Source: Fibrobacterales bacterium (GTDB lineage Bacteria; Fibrobacterota; Fibrobacteria; Fibrobacterales; JAOPTW01). Taken from it: a DNA stretch of 64,000 bases. This document shows, piece after piece, positions 51,662-61,194 of the stretch; position 1 is the first letter of the stretch; each line of letters begins with the position of its first letter. The translations under genes were made by a program, and so were the position numbers. The DNA lies in the NCBI GenBank assembly GCA_051532055.1, contig JAOPTX010000047.1:32907-96906 (forward strand). Reading direction: 5' to 3'. The notes under the pieces are model-generated. The model had not been told where the DNA came from and made no database searches. It worked only from the letters and a program-made list of their open reading frames with translations.

Positions 51662-52171
51662 TTAATTCATGGCACTCAGAGCATCGAGCTCACTCGGTGA
51701 CAATATTTTATTAATATCCAGAAGCATTATGACCCGTTCCTGTAATTTGGCAACACCCATTATAAAATCAGTGTCAACACCAGTTCCAAAACTGGGGGTA
51801 TCCTGAATCTGATTTTCTTCGATAAATACAACCTCAGAGACTTCATCAATTAACGTTCCCATGGTGATATCTTGATCACCCACCCTGAGCTGTACCACGA
51901 CAATACAGGTAACATCCGTATCCTCTGTGGTGTTGAGTTGGAACTTTTTCCGCATCTCAACAATAGGGATAATCTTACCCCGTAAGTTTATAACCCCCCG
52001 CACATAGCTGGGGGTTTTAGGTACGGGAGTAATAGGTTGCATCTGAATGATGCGTTGCACCATTAGGATGGGGACACCATACTCTTCGTCGCCTAACTTA
52101 AAAGTAAGGTATTTATCTGAAAGGCTTTGGTTGACCTTTTTTTCAGTTTCTAAAATCATTTCTCCATTCAT
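51662..52171 (-). CDS. cheW: Chemotaxis adaptor CheW
   Basis: YLTFKLGDEEYGV, ITPVPKTP.YVRGVINLRGKIIP. Confidence 0.95.
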   Translation of the reverse strand: MNGEMILETEKKVNQSLSDKYLTFKLGDEEYGVPILMVQRIIQMQPITPVPKTPSYVRGVINLRGKIIPIVEMRKKFQLNTTEDTDVTCIVVVQLRVGDQDITMGTLIDEVSEVVFIEENQIQDTPSFGTGVDTDFIMGVAKLQERVIMLLDINKILSPSELDALSAMN

Positions 52172-52179
52172 ATCTGCTC

Positions 52180-54162
52180 CTAAAATGCTTTCAGCATTTC
52201 GTCTTGTTCATCAAAAGGAATCACCTGTTCGACCTCAACCATTTTTTTTGATTTAGGGATTGGAGGGTGATTACTCTGAACTTGGTGTGGAATTGCTGCA
52301 ATCGGTGCTGTTCTATATGCATTTTGTGGAGCACGTTGCATTTGATTACTGGAGCCTTCAACGATGAGTGTTAAATTTTCTACAATGGTGTTAAGTACTG
52401 CTGCCTGTGCTGAGAGTTCTTCACTCGCAGAGGCAGACTCTTCAGCGGTGGCCGCATTAGTCTGTACTACCTTTTCCATTGATGATACCGCAACATTCAC
52501 TTGGGTGATTCCTTGTGACTGCTCTTCACTCGCTGCAGAGACTTCTGATACCAACTGTACAACCTTTGCTACAGAATCATTAATACTGTTGAGGAGTTGT
52601 TGTACCTCTTCTGAAGATTGTACACCATTTTCAGCATTTTTTTGGCTCTGTTCAATCAGGTTTGAAGTGTCATTGGCCGCTTCGGCAGAGCGCTGTGCAA
52701 GGTTACGCACTTCTTCTGCAACAACCGCAAACCCTTTACCGGCTTCACCAGCGCGTGCTGCTTCTACTGCGGCATTGAGAGCAAGGAGGTTTGTTTGGAA
52801 GGCGATTTCATTGATGTTTTTAACAATTTTTGCAGTTTCATCACTCGATGTTTTAATTTCATTTACTGCCTCAGACATTTTTTCCATTGCGTTAATGCCA
52901 TTCACCGTTACGGTACCTGTTTCGTTTGCAAGGTTTTTGGCTTCAGTGGCATTGTTAGCATTTTGTTTGGTCATCGAAGATATCTCTTCTAAGGTGCTCG
53001 ATATCTCTTCGGTACTCGACGCTTGTTCAGAAGTACCTTCTGCCATGGATTGTGATGAACTCGATACTTGACCTGCAGCCGATGATACTTGTTCTGATCC
53101 TTGAGTAAGTTCATTGATAATTTGATTAATAGGGCCGGTGATTCCTTTGGTGATAAAGATCGCAAGCAGGATACCAATGATGAGTGCAATTCCAATTCCA
53201 ATGAGCATGAGAGTCGACGCATTGGATAGGCTCTCATCAGTCCCTTTGGCTATAGCGTCTGTTTGGCTAAGGCCAGCATCGGCTGTTGTTTTTGTTGCAT
53301 CAATAAGTTCTTTAGCGGCAGCTTCTCTTAAAGCACCTAGTTCTTGAAGCTTTTTCCAGGCGATTAAAAAGTGACCCATAGCCTCTTTGTACTCCATCGC
53401 AGCTTCTTCTGTTTCATTAATTTTCTCTATATCACTTTTTAATTTAGTATAACGGCGAAGTTCGCTGAACAAGGTGTTCATCTTGTCAAAATTTGGAAGT
53501 GCTTTTTCTATGACGGCAGGGTCTCTCTCTGCTTGAGAACGCCAGGCGGAGAGGCGCGTTGCATTGCCAACATCAATTATGTCATTAACGAGAGTAATTT
53601 TGGTTATGCGGTCTTGTAATATTTGATTTGCACTGTTTTGATTAATCTCATTTTTAACTCGGCTTGTTTGAGCTGCGAGAAATGCATTACAGTTGGTCAT
53701 ATACTGTTTTGCAGCCTTGTCAAGTTGTCCACGTTCCTCATTGAGCAGTGCAATAGTCTCTTGTGTTGTATGGAGGTGTTTGGTATAGGCTGTTTTGGCT
53801 TTGTCTGCTCTTTCAACTTGTCCTTTAAGTTTAACCAAATATTTTGCTTCACCAGCAAGCTTATGCGCTATTTTCAGGTCTGCATCAAGAGATGCGAGCT
53901 CTTTTTGTGCATTCTTAAAAAACGTATCTTCTTCGGTAAAGCCATATCCGCGCGCTTCATACATCACTCGGTTTACTGCACCGCGCATTGATGTGGCGAC
54001 CTTTACCTCTGGTACATATTCGTAGGCAAGTTTTTCAGCTTCGTATCCTACATTAGTCATGTTAAATACAGCGACACCACCAAGTATCATTATGATAAGT
54101 ATGAGGGCGGCAAATCCACCAGCTATACGGGTTCCCAGTTTATATTTATTAAGCATATTCAC
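52180..54162 (-). CDS. Methyl-accepting chemotaxis protein
   Basis: Two TM segments; [37 protein letters not shown]. Confidence 0.96.
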   Translation of the reverse strand: MNMLNKYKLGTRIAGGFAALILIIMILGGVAVFNMTNVGYEAEKLAYEYVPEVKVATSMRGAVNRVMYEARGYGFTEEDTFFKNAQKELASLDADLKIAHKLAGEAKYLVKLKGQVERADKAKTAYTKHLHTTQETIALLNEERGQLDKAAKQYMTNCNAFLAAQTSRVKNEINQNSANQILQDRITKITLVNDIIDVGNATRLSAWRSQAERDPAVIEKALPNFDKMNTLFSELRRYTKLKSDIEKINETEEAAMEYKEAMGHFLIAWKKLQELGALREAAAKELIDATKTTADAGLSQTDAIAKGTDESLSNASTLMLIGIGIALIIGILLAIFITKGITGPINQIINELTQGSEQVSSAAGQVSSSSQSMAEGTSEQASSTEEISSTLEEISSMTKQNANNATEAKNLANETGTVTVNGINAMEKMSEAVNEIKTSSDETAKIVKNINEIAFQTNLLALNAAVEAARAGEAGKGFAVVAEEVRNLAQRSAEAANDTSNLIEQSQKNAENGVQSSEEVQQLLNSINDSVAKVVQLVSEVSAASEEQSQGITQVNVAVSSMEKVVQTNAATAEESASASEELSAQAAVLNTIVENLTLIVEGSSNQMQRAPQNAYRTAPIAAIPHQVQSNHPPIPKSKKMVEVEQVIPFDEQDEMLKAF

Positions 54163-54242
54163 TCCTTTATTGTAATTAAAGAAGATGATATGATACCTTT
54201 TATACTTTTACAACAGTATAAAATAGGTGCTAAATGGGTATG

Positions 54243-54803
54243 TTAGCTACCTATTTTAATGGTATTGAGCGTTGAACGGAGTTCTTGAGCGATTCCATTC
54301 AGCTTCAGCTCCATAATGGGGTCATTCAGTTGGGGAGAATAGGATTCTATAGCAGAAAGAGTGTTATTGATACTCAAATGAAGGTTTATGAAAGGAGAAG
54401 GCGTAGACTGAGTTGGAGAGATAGTTTGAGAGTACTTAAGGTGTACTTCTATTCTTTTTAGAATCTCTTCGGAATAAAATGGTTTACTGATGTAATCTGA
54501 TGCACCCGCATTAAAAGCCTTAATTTTATCTTCTACACTAAAAAGGGCGGAGTTAAAGAGTATCGGTATATGCGAGAGATGTGGGTTCTTTTTGATTGTC
54601 TGGCATATTTGGTAGCCATCTGTCTGCGGAAGCATGATATCAAGAAGAATCAGGTCAGGCTGGATTACCTTTAAAATAGAGTAGGTCTGTTGGGCATTAG
54701 TAGCGATGGACAACTGGTAGCCTTCTTCACTTAAAAGATCGCCAAGATACTTCAAGTTTTGTTGATTATCTTCTACAATTAAAATACAGGGCTTACTATT
54801 CAT
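54243..54803 (-). CDS. Response regulator (REC plus short tail)
   Basis: ILIVED, DLILLDIMLP, DGY, GASDYISKPF. Confidence 0.9.
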   Translation of the reverse strand: MNSKPCILIVEDNQQNLKYLGDLLSEEGYQLSIATNAQQTYSILKVIQPDLILLDIMLPQTDGYQICQTIKKNPHLSHIPILFNSALFSVEDKIKAFNAGASDYISKPFYSEEILKRIEVHLKYSQTISPTQSTPSPFINLHLSINNTLSAIESYSPQLNDPIMELKLNGIAQELRSTLNTIKIGS

Positions 54804-54946
54804 CTCTACCTCTTTCTCTCTTTAATGTAAATACTTATTGTACAGAGAGTGGTCAATAAAAAAAAGTAATGGCGGAGGCTAAAAATCACTCTCACTGTAA
54901 ATGGCCGAAGTTATTATTATAGTACCATCATAATATTGGAAAAAGT

Positions 54947-55672
54947 ATGCTATCTGCTCTCTATTTAGAACAGTGCCCTGTCGCTGTAGCAAAGCTCTGT
55001 AACGGATCTGTTATAGAGAGTAATGACCTCTACAAAGAGTATTGTGATATAAATGAGCGTGAAGGGGGGACGGCACTTGAGCCGTATCTTATCGCTGTGA
55101 GCCAATCAAAAAGAACTGTCCGCACGCAGTCTCATCGGTTTATGATAGCACCCAATCTTCATGTTTCACTTACTTTTTTAAAATCATCTGAGTCTGAATA
55201 CTACATCATATTTCAAGATGTGTCGGAACAAAACATTCTTGAGGGTGAATTACAGAATCTTGAAGGGGCCATTTCTGAACTTACACAGCACTATGACAAA
55301 GACAAAAAACAGATTCGTGAAAAAATCATAAGCTCAGTCTCTCTTATGATTGTTCCCTATATACATAAACTGAAGGAGCATATTGCCGATGAGGGTGGAA
55401 AGACACTGGTTGATGTGTTAGAACATTCAGTGAGTTCACTCTTTGATGGTTTTACGGTCAATACCGTTAAGTATTTATCGCAACTCAGCACCAAAGAGAT
55501 GCAGATTTGTTCGCTCCTAAAATTGGGGCAGAGCAATAAAGATATGGCATTAGAGCTACAAACGAGTGTGAAGACTGTAGAAACTCATCGTAAAAATATA
55601 CGAAAGAAATTAAATATTAATAACCGATCGGTTAACCTTACGTCCTATTTACAGTCACTCAATGTTGACTAA
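54947..55672 (+). CDS. LuxR-family HTH regulator
   Basis: LSTKEMQIC.LLKLGQSNKDMA..L..SVKTVETHRKNIRKKL. Confidence 0.9.
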   Translation: MLSALYLEQCPVAVAKLCNGSVIESNDLYKEYCDINEREGGTALEPYLIAVSQSKRTVRTQSHRFMIAPNLHVSLTFLKSSESEYYIIFQDVSEQNILEGELQNLEGAISELTQHYDKDKKQIREKIISSVSLMIVPYIHKLKEHIADEGGKTLVDVLEHSVSSLFDGFTVNTVKYLSQLSTKEMQICSLLKLGQSNKDMALELQTSVKTVETHRKNIRKKLNINNRSVNLTSYLQSLNVD

Positions 55673-55772
55673 TAGTTGGTGATGGGGTGCTGTATGAGTT
55701 GAGGTGAATGTTAACTATGACTTTACCTTTGTGCCTTAAAAACTGTTGAATTTCTATAAAATATGCCTAAAG

Positions 55773-55788
55773 TGTGAGGGATGTCACA
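55773..55788. promoter_or_regulatory. CRP-like box
   Basis: TGTGA-GGGATG-TCACA. Confidence 0.65.
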
Positions 55789-55874
55789 GACAATTACAAC
55801 TGGTTTAACTAGGATTCTATTACTTTTAATAGATCTAGAATGTGCTTACATATTTTAACAACTAAGGTAAAGAG

Positions 55875-56774
55875 ATGAAACGAAATATACTGGGGCTGTG
55901 TGGGGGAGTATTCCTCTTATTAGCACTTGGATGTGCGAGCAGAGAACTGACCTCTGAAAGAGATAAAGAGCGCATAGCATATGCTACTCAGATTCATAGA
56001 TTTCATGCTCATATTAGTCGTGGTGAGATAGACTCTGTAGATCAGTATCTTAATACTGAGGTGGTAGTTAACTCTCTCAATAGGATGGGGCAGAGCGCAT
56101 TGTATGTAGCCTGTCAAGATTCTGATGCGCAACTCTTTGATAAACTCATGAAAGCTCCTCTTGATGTTAATGTTGAAAATAGTACAACGACAAAGGGGGG
56201 GCGTCCTGATAGTATGAACGGAAGTTCATTGGGTGAATGTCTACTCAACAATCATTTTACTCGAGCGACACAAATCATTAATCATGGTGGAAAGGTCGAT
56301 TCGTTATCTCCTATACAGCATCGCCCTTTAATTCAAGTACTGCTAAAAGGTGATACGGCTGCTGCGGCATACCTCTTAGATTTAGGGGCGCACATTAATA
56401 AGCTTCCTAATCGCATAGATAAACACTTTGCTCTTACAGTTGGGCTACAAACTCATAATCCTACGGTGATATCATTTCTTTTTAATCGTGGGGCGAACCT
56501 CGCATTAGCTTATCCGCACCGACCTGAAATATCAGCATTGATCGATGCACTGGGTGCTCATATGCACAGTTCTGTGTATGAGGTTGTCGTTTCTATTCTT
56601 AAAGAACTCCCGAGTGAGGGAGCTCGAAAGGTGGCAATCTCAACGGCCATTCGAAAAATTATTTCACTTGCGGATTGGGGTGAGAGAGAGAAGATTGAAC
56701 AGAAAAAAGCAACGATTAAGAAGCTCAATGAGCTTCTTAAAAATGGAATCGTTATTTCGCAGTTACAGTATTAA
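55875..56774 (+). CDS. Ankyrin-repeat lipoprotein
   Basis: Lipobox ALGC; GQSALYVAC, YLLDLGAHIN, FLFNRGAN. Confidence 0.75.
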   Translation: MKRNILGLCGGVFLLLALGCASRELTSERDKERIAYATQIHRFHAHISRGEIDSVDQYLNTEVVVNSLNRMGQSALYVACQDSDAQLFDKLMKAPLDVNVENSTTTKGGRPDSMNGSSLGECLLNNHFTRATQIINHGGKVDSLSPIQHRPLIQVLLKGDTAAAAYLLDLGAHINKLPNRIDKHFALTVGLQTHNPTVISFLFNRGANLALAYPHRPEISALIDALGAHMHSSVYEVVVSILKELPSEGARKVAISTAIRKIISLADWGEREKIEQKKATIKKLNELLKNGIVISQLQY

Positions 56775-57556
56775 GGTTTAGTTTTTATAAATTCGCGAAT
56801 AAGTTGCCCGGAAAGGGTGTGTGGAGGTGGAATGAAGTCTGGTACAGTCTCTCGAGTGTACCATTCTGCTTCGACAATTTCTTCACCATCAATAGTAATT
56901 GCTCCAGAATCCCACTCAGCCGTATAGGCTATCATAATAGCATTGGTCAGGCCAAAAGGTTGTGAGCCAAAGTACTGCATGTTTTTAACCGTAAGTCCGG
57001 TCTCTTCCATTATTTCTCGTTCAGCACATGCTTCAAGGGTTTCCCCCTGGTTTAAGTAACCTGCAACACTCGAATACCCATCATAGGGCGTGTACGGTCC
57101 CGTTTTTACCAGCAAGATTGTGTCACCTTTAATAACACGGACTACCACAGCTGGATGGGCAGCAGGAAAGGTGAGGTGTTCACATCCTGTACATTTCTTG
57201 GCTCGTTCAGTGCCAAAGGTCTCCATTGGGCTGCCGCACTTTGAGCAAAAACGATGGCTTTGATCCCAATGTACGAGTTGATAGGCGTACGCAGCGACAA
57301 TAAATTGTTCAGGATTCTCTTCTATAAGCTCATAGAGGGGAACCTCAGTATAAATATCTGGAAGGTCGGTGTTAGCAGGGATGCTGCTCACATAGCAGAG
57401 GGTGTTGTCAGTGCGCTCAAAGGGGATGAGTGGGGTATGATTGATAAAGTCTGTGAGATGATCACTCGGGAGAGAGAGGGAGTCTTGGGAATTCTTCAGG
57501 GTGATAAGAGTGTGTTCTTTAAAAAGATAGTTGGGTGTTGTCATGGGTGTTGTCAA
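56771..57556 (-). CDS. nudC: NAD-capped RNA hydrolase/NADH pyrophosphatase NudC
   Basis: HRFCSKCG..CTGC zinc site, Nudix box AGY.NQGETLE.CAEREIMEETGL, YFGSQP. Confidence 0.88.
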   Translation of the reverse strand: MTTPMTTPNYLFKEHTLITLKNSQDSLSLPSDHLTDFINHTPLIPFERTDNTLCYVSSIPANTDLPDIYTEVPLYELIEENPEQFIVAAYAYQLVHWDQSHRFCSKCGSPMETFGTERAKKCTGCEHLTFPAAHPAVVVRVIKGDTILLVKTGPYTPYDGYSSVAGYLNQGETLEACAEREIMEETGLTVKNMQYFGSQPFGLTNAIMIAYTAEWDSGAITIDGEEIVEAEWYTRETVPDFIPPPHTLSGQLIREFIKTKP

Positions 57557-57650
57557 TGGGGAAATGTGTAGTGGTAAATATACAATGTCGGCCGGTTGAT
57601 GAGTTGTAAAAGATACGGTGTGAAAAGTGGGGCCTAAAAAATAGAATAAT

Positions 57651-57675
57651 AAAAAAGGCCTCCTAGTGGAGGCCT
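57651..57675 (-). terminator. Rho-independent terminator of 57699-58703
   Basis: Minus strand AGGCCTCC-act-AGGAGGCCT followed by a U-tract. Confidence 0.8.
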
Positions 57676-57698
57676 AATAACGTTTACACTAGAGAGTA

Positions 57699-58703
57699 TT
57701 AATCTTCACCTGGTGCAGAATCATTTGACCCTTCAAGAGAGTGAGGAGGCGATGCAACGTAGAATGTTTGAGTTGCATTGATGTTGAATGAAACCGTTCC
57801 GTAAGTGACACCGGTTTTAGATGCGGTAAAATCATACATTCCTGGTGTGAGGTTATTAAAAAGTACCCCACCATCAACAGAGGTTGAAGTATATGTTGGA
57901 TCAGGAAGTACTGCTTCGTTAAAGTAGATAGGACCTTGAAGAGGGCTTACTTGTGCGGGTACCATAGAAACGAGTGCTCCTGGATCTCCGTGAGGGAGGC
58001 GCATGTCAAATAAACTTGACCATGATTTTCCGACAGTCGAAACCATGATATTTTGAATAGGATAATCTTGACCTATCAGTGCAGCAATTTGCCCTTCAAG
58101 TTGACTCTTAGCGTAATACATGTAGAGTTCATCCGGAAGCTGCATTCCTATATCGAGGATATCTTCTGAACCGATAGTAAAGATGTTTGATTGTCCTTGT
58201 GCTTTTGACCAACGCTCTGGAAGTCCACCAGGGAAGACCATGCCTTCAACTTCGGCAGGGTAAAAATCTTTTTCGTAGCTAAAAGAGAATTGAAGATCTC
58301 TGTTGGTGCGTTTAAGGATGTAAAGTTCCCACTGACCGTTCTCATCAGTCGTAATATTGAGGTACTTAGTAAAAGGATACTCTGCAATCCATACTTTTGC
58401 ATTGGCTACAATTGCGGTATAGTCGAGATATGCAGGAGGTTGTTGAGTGATATCATACCCAAAATGACGTACTTCACCTTTGAGGTGTACGATTTCAAAA
58501 TAGCGTCCACGTTTTGCAGCGACCGTAGAATTCATGTCTACGAGTGTTTCATTTTCAAGGTCAATAACCTGAACGGCTTCAGAAGATTCTACCGTTTCAT
58601 AGGTTCCACTGGTTGGTTCATCATTATGACTGACGAGCTCGGTACAGCCAATCATTAATGGAAGAATGAGGAGTGATGATAAAAGGGTGAACTGTTTTTT
58701 CAT
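57699..58703 (-). CDS. Hypothetical lipoprotein with carboxypeptidase-regulatory-like beta-sandwich segments
   Basis: Lipobox MIGC; TTDENGQW and DGGVLFNNLTPGMY...ASK. Confidence 0.7.
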   Translation of the reverse strand: MKKQFTLLSSLLILPLMIGCTELVSHNDEPTSGTYETVESSEAVQVIDLENETLVDMNSTVAAKRGRYFEIVHLKGEVRHFGYDITQQPPAYLDYTAIVANAKVWIAEYPFTKYLNITTDENGQWELYILKRTNRDLQFSFSYEKDFYPAEVEGMVFPGGLPERWSKAQGQSNIFTIGSEDILDIGMQLPDELYMYYAKSQLEGQIAALIGQDYPIQNIMVSTVGKSWSSLFDMRLPHGDPGALVSMVPAQVSPLQGPIYFNEAVLPDPTYTSTSVDGGVLFNNLTPGMYDFTASKTGVTYGTVSFNINATQTFYVASPPHSLEGSNDSAPGED

Positions 58704-58779
58704 TATAGATCCTTTGAGTTTTTTGGGTTTCGCAAAGGTATCTATTTTGTGGAGATCCGTATAGATGATAATGTCAAAG

Positions 58780-58795
58780 TGTGACGGATATCACA
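58780..58795. promoter_or_regulatory. CRP-like box in a divergent promoter region
   Basis: TGTGA-CGGATA-TCACA. Confidence 0.65.
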
Positions 58796-59003
58796 CCGAT
58801 ATTTATTTTGTGTTTTATTGTTTTTCGGTACCATTTTGGGATTGGGGAGTTCCCCATTCCTTGATAACTAACTATAACTCATTTAAATAGTATAATGCCT
58901 CAAATGACTCAAAAAGCAGTCTTATGTTAACTAAAAGGTTAACGGTTCTTTGGTGATGCTGCTGATAATGATTTGAAGTAGGAATAGTCCTAGGTATATT
59001 TAT

Positions 59004-59825
59004 ATGATGATTTCACTCTTTGATTACAACGATTACCGTGAATACCTGCGAGATTTTTATTCTGATAAAAAGAGTAAAAATGGATATATCTCCTATCGGA
59101 TGATGGGGAGTAGTCTTGATGTTTCTGGTCCATATCTTATAAAATTATTTAAGTTACAGGGGCATTTAAAAGATGAAGCTGCTCCTAAAGTAGTCGCTCT
59201 GTGTAAACTTACCGGTAAAGAAGCTGACTATATGGAGGCACTCTTTCATTTTAGTAAAGCAAAGAAAGAAGTTGAAATAGAGCGTTGGTATGAAGCTATG
59301 CAGATGATTCGGGGTGTTGATGCTTTGACTCTGAAAACGGGACAATACGAATTTTACTCAAAATGGTATTACTCAGCCTTGTGGGCTTTGTTACGCATTA
59401 AAGGTATGGGTTCACTTAAAAAGATTGGCTCCCTGTTTACTCCTACAATTTCTGAAAAAGAAGTAAAAGAGTCACTCTCTCTGTTACAGACTTTAAACCT
59501 CATCACAAGCACTGATGGTGAATGGGAGACAACGGCTGAACATTTGGTTACGGGTGATCTTAAAAAGGGGATTATTAAAAAGTATCATGAGGGTATGATC
59601 GATCTAGGCAAAGAGTCGCTCCAGCGTTTCTCGGGAGAAAATCGAACAGTACGCGGCATTACCCTCGCAATTGATGATGAGTGTTATCGGGATATCCAAG
59701 AAATTCTTGATGATACCTTTAAAAAAATTAGAGCACGGGTCAATGATGTTGACGTTCCAAACCGTGTAGTTCAGGCAAACATTCAAATGTTTCCCCTAAC
59801 ACAGGATGTTACTCATCATGATTAA
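59004..59825 (+). CDS. TIGR02147/DUF4423 family protein (putative DNA-binding regulator)
   Basis: SLFDYNDYREYLRDFY..KK..N..SYR, YSKWYYSA, C-terminal VVQANIQMFPLT. Confidence 0.85.
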   Translation: MMISLFDYNDYREYLRDFYSDKKSKNGYISYRMMGSSLDVSGPYLIKLFKLQGHLKDEAAPKVVALCKLTGKEADYMEALFHFSKAKKEVEIERWYEAMQMIRGVDALTLKTGQYEFYSKWYYSALWALLRIKGMGSLKKIGSLFTPTISEKEVKESLSLLQTLNLITSTDGEWETTAEHLVTGDLKKGIIKKYHEGMIDLGKESLQRFSGENRTVRGITLAIDDECYRDIQEILDDTFKKIRARVNDVDVPNRVVQANIQMFPLTQDVTHHD

Positions 59826-61194
59826 GGTTTTATCAACGTTACTTTTGTTCCTCCTCCTCCTCCTCCTTATGGGTTGTTCACTCGATGAATCTATTTCAGA
59901 GGGTGGTTCTACCGAAGTGGGAAACCCAGAATTAGCTGAAGAGTATATACAGGGAACAGTAGTGACTGATTCAGGGATGCCGGCAGTTTCAAAAGTAAGT
60001 ATCGTTTCGGAACACTATTCTGTGTTAGACACTCAACAGGTGCCGTACTATACAACTACATTATTGACAGGAACCTTCTCTGTACCAAAAAGTCTCGGGC
60101 TCTCTCAGGGCCTCTATACCGTTCAGGCTGTCGATACTATAAGCGGCAAACTGTTTATTGTACAAGGACTGGCTCTTTCTGACAGTACAGTTGTTACGGT
60201 TAATGGTATACTTGCAAGTCCAGGAACTATTACTCTTAAGGGTGAATTGGTTAGACGGGGATTACTTTATATTCCCGGCACAACCTATGGTGTATTGATA
60301 GATTCAGCAACCCAGAAAGGGGTGAGTCTGAGTGTTGCCCAAGGAGAGTATAGGGACATACGATGGTATGATGCCGCTCTTGATACAGATACAATAGTCT
60401 TACGGTCTCTTGTGATTGAAGGAGGCAAAGACTATGGATTAGACTTATCTGAATTTAGAATATTGAAGGATACCTTAGATACACTTGATCCTGATAGTCT
60501 AGAGATACCCGACCCTGATACGATTAATGATACTCTTTCCAAAAAAGACAGCACTACCCATGTATTAGTGATCATAGAGGAGGCGGAGATAGATACGTCA
60601 CTCGATCAACCCTTTTTAGATATCCTTGACTCACTTAACATTCAGGTTACCACTATTGGAAGTGATGCGGTGCCATCAGATTCTCTCCTTACTAAAATGG
60701 ATGCAATTATTGCCCTCCCTACAGCACTATCAACGGTACTCGGTACTCGGTATACTGCCATCGAAAAACCAATACTTGTTATGGAACCGTGGCTCCAACC
60801 TTTAATGAGCATGACCGATGATAGACTTGATGTTGATTATAGTACTGGTTTGTCAATGAGTGAAGAGCGCATAGTTCGAGTGAAAGAACCTATTCAAGAG
60901 GAGCTCCTCTCCGGTTCTGTATCTGAGGTGACATTGTTCTCTCAAAATCAAACGATGAGTTTTGGTATACCTGCATCAAGTGCAACAGTAGTACTTCTCC
61001 ATGAGGGTAGTACTGAAAAAGCACTCTACTATTATTACGGTAAAGGAGATGCTATGCACGGCAGTGATGCTCCTGAATTGAGGATGGCACTTTTGTTGAA
61101 TGAAACGAAGGTTCCTTTTTTAACGATTGATGGGTATACCCTTTTTAAAAACGCAGTTTCTTTTTTAGTTACACACAACAGTGAGGCACAATGA
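59818..61194 (+). CDS. Hypothetical lipoprotein (GGSTEVGN motif)
   Basis: ATG 59818 overlapping the upstream stop; lipobox LMGC followed by GGSTEVGNP. Confidence 0.72.
   Translation: MIKVLSTLLLFLLLLLLMGCSLDESISEGGSTEVGNPELAEEYIQGTVVTDSGMPAVSKVSIVSEHYSVLDTQQVPYYTTTLLTGTFSVPKSLGLSQGLYTVQAVDTISGKLFIVQGLALSDSTVVTVNGILASPGTITLKGELVRRGLLYIPGTTYGVLIDSATQKGVSLSVAQGEYRDIRWYDAALDTDTIVLRSLVIEGGKDYGLDLSEFRILKDTLDTLDPDSLEIPDPDTINDTLSKKDSTTHVLVIIEEAEIDTSLDQPFLDILDSLNIQVTTIGSDAVPSDSLLTKMDAIIALPTALSTVLGTRYTAIEKPILVMEPWLQPLMSMTDDRLDVDYSTGLSMSEERIVRVKEPIQEELLSGSVSEVTLFSQNQTMSFGIPASSATVVLLHEGSTEKALYYYYGKGDAMHGSDAPELRMALLLNETKVPFLTIDGYTLFKNAVSFLVTHNSEAQ

Noticed and set aside
52364..53071. 235-aa plus-strand ORF and similar antisense ORFs (e.g. 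12683-13192, 8673-9089)
   Set aside because: Shadow frames opposite well-supported genes.
59849..59868. (CTC)n microsatellite as a phase-variation switch
   Set aside because: The triplet unit keeps the frame and just encodes the Leu run of a signal peptide.
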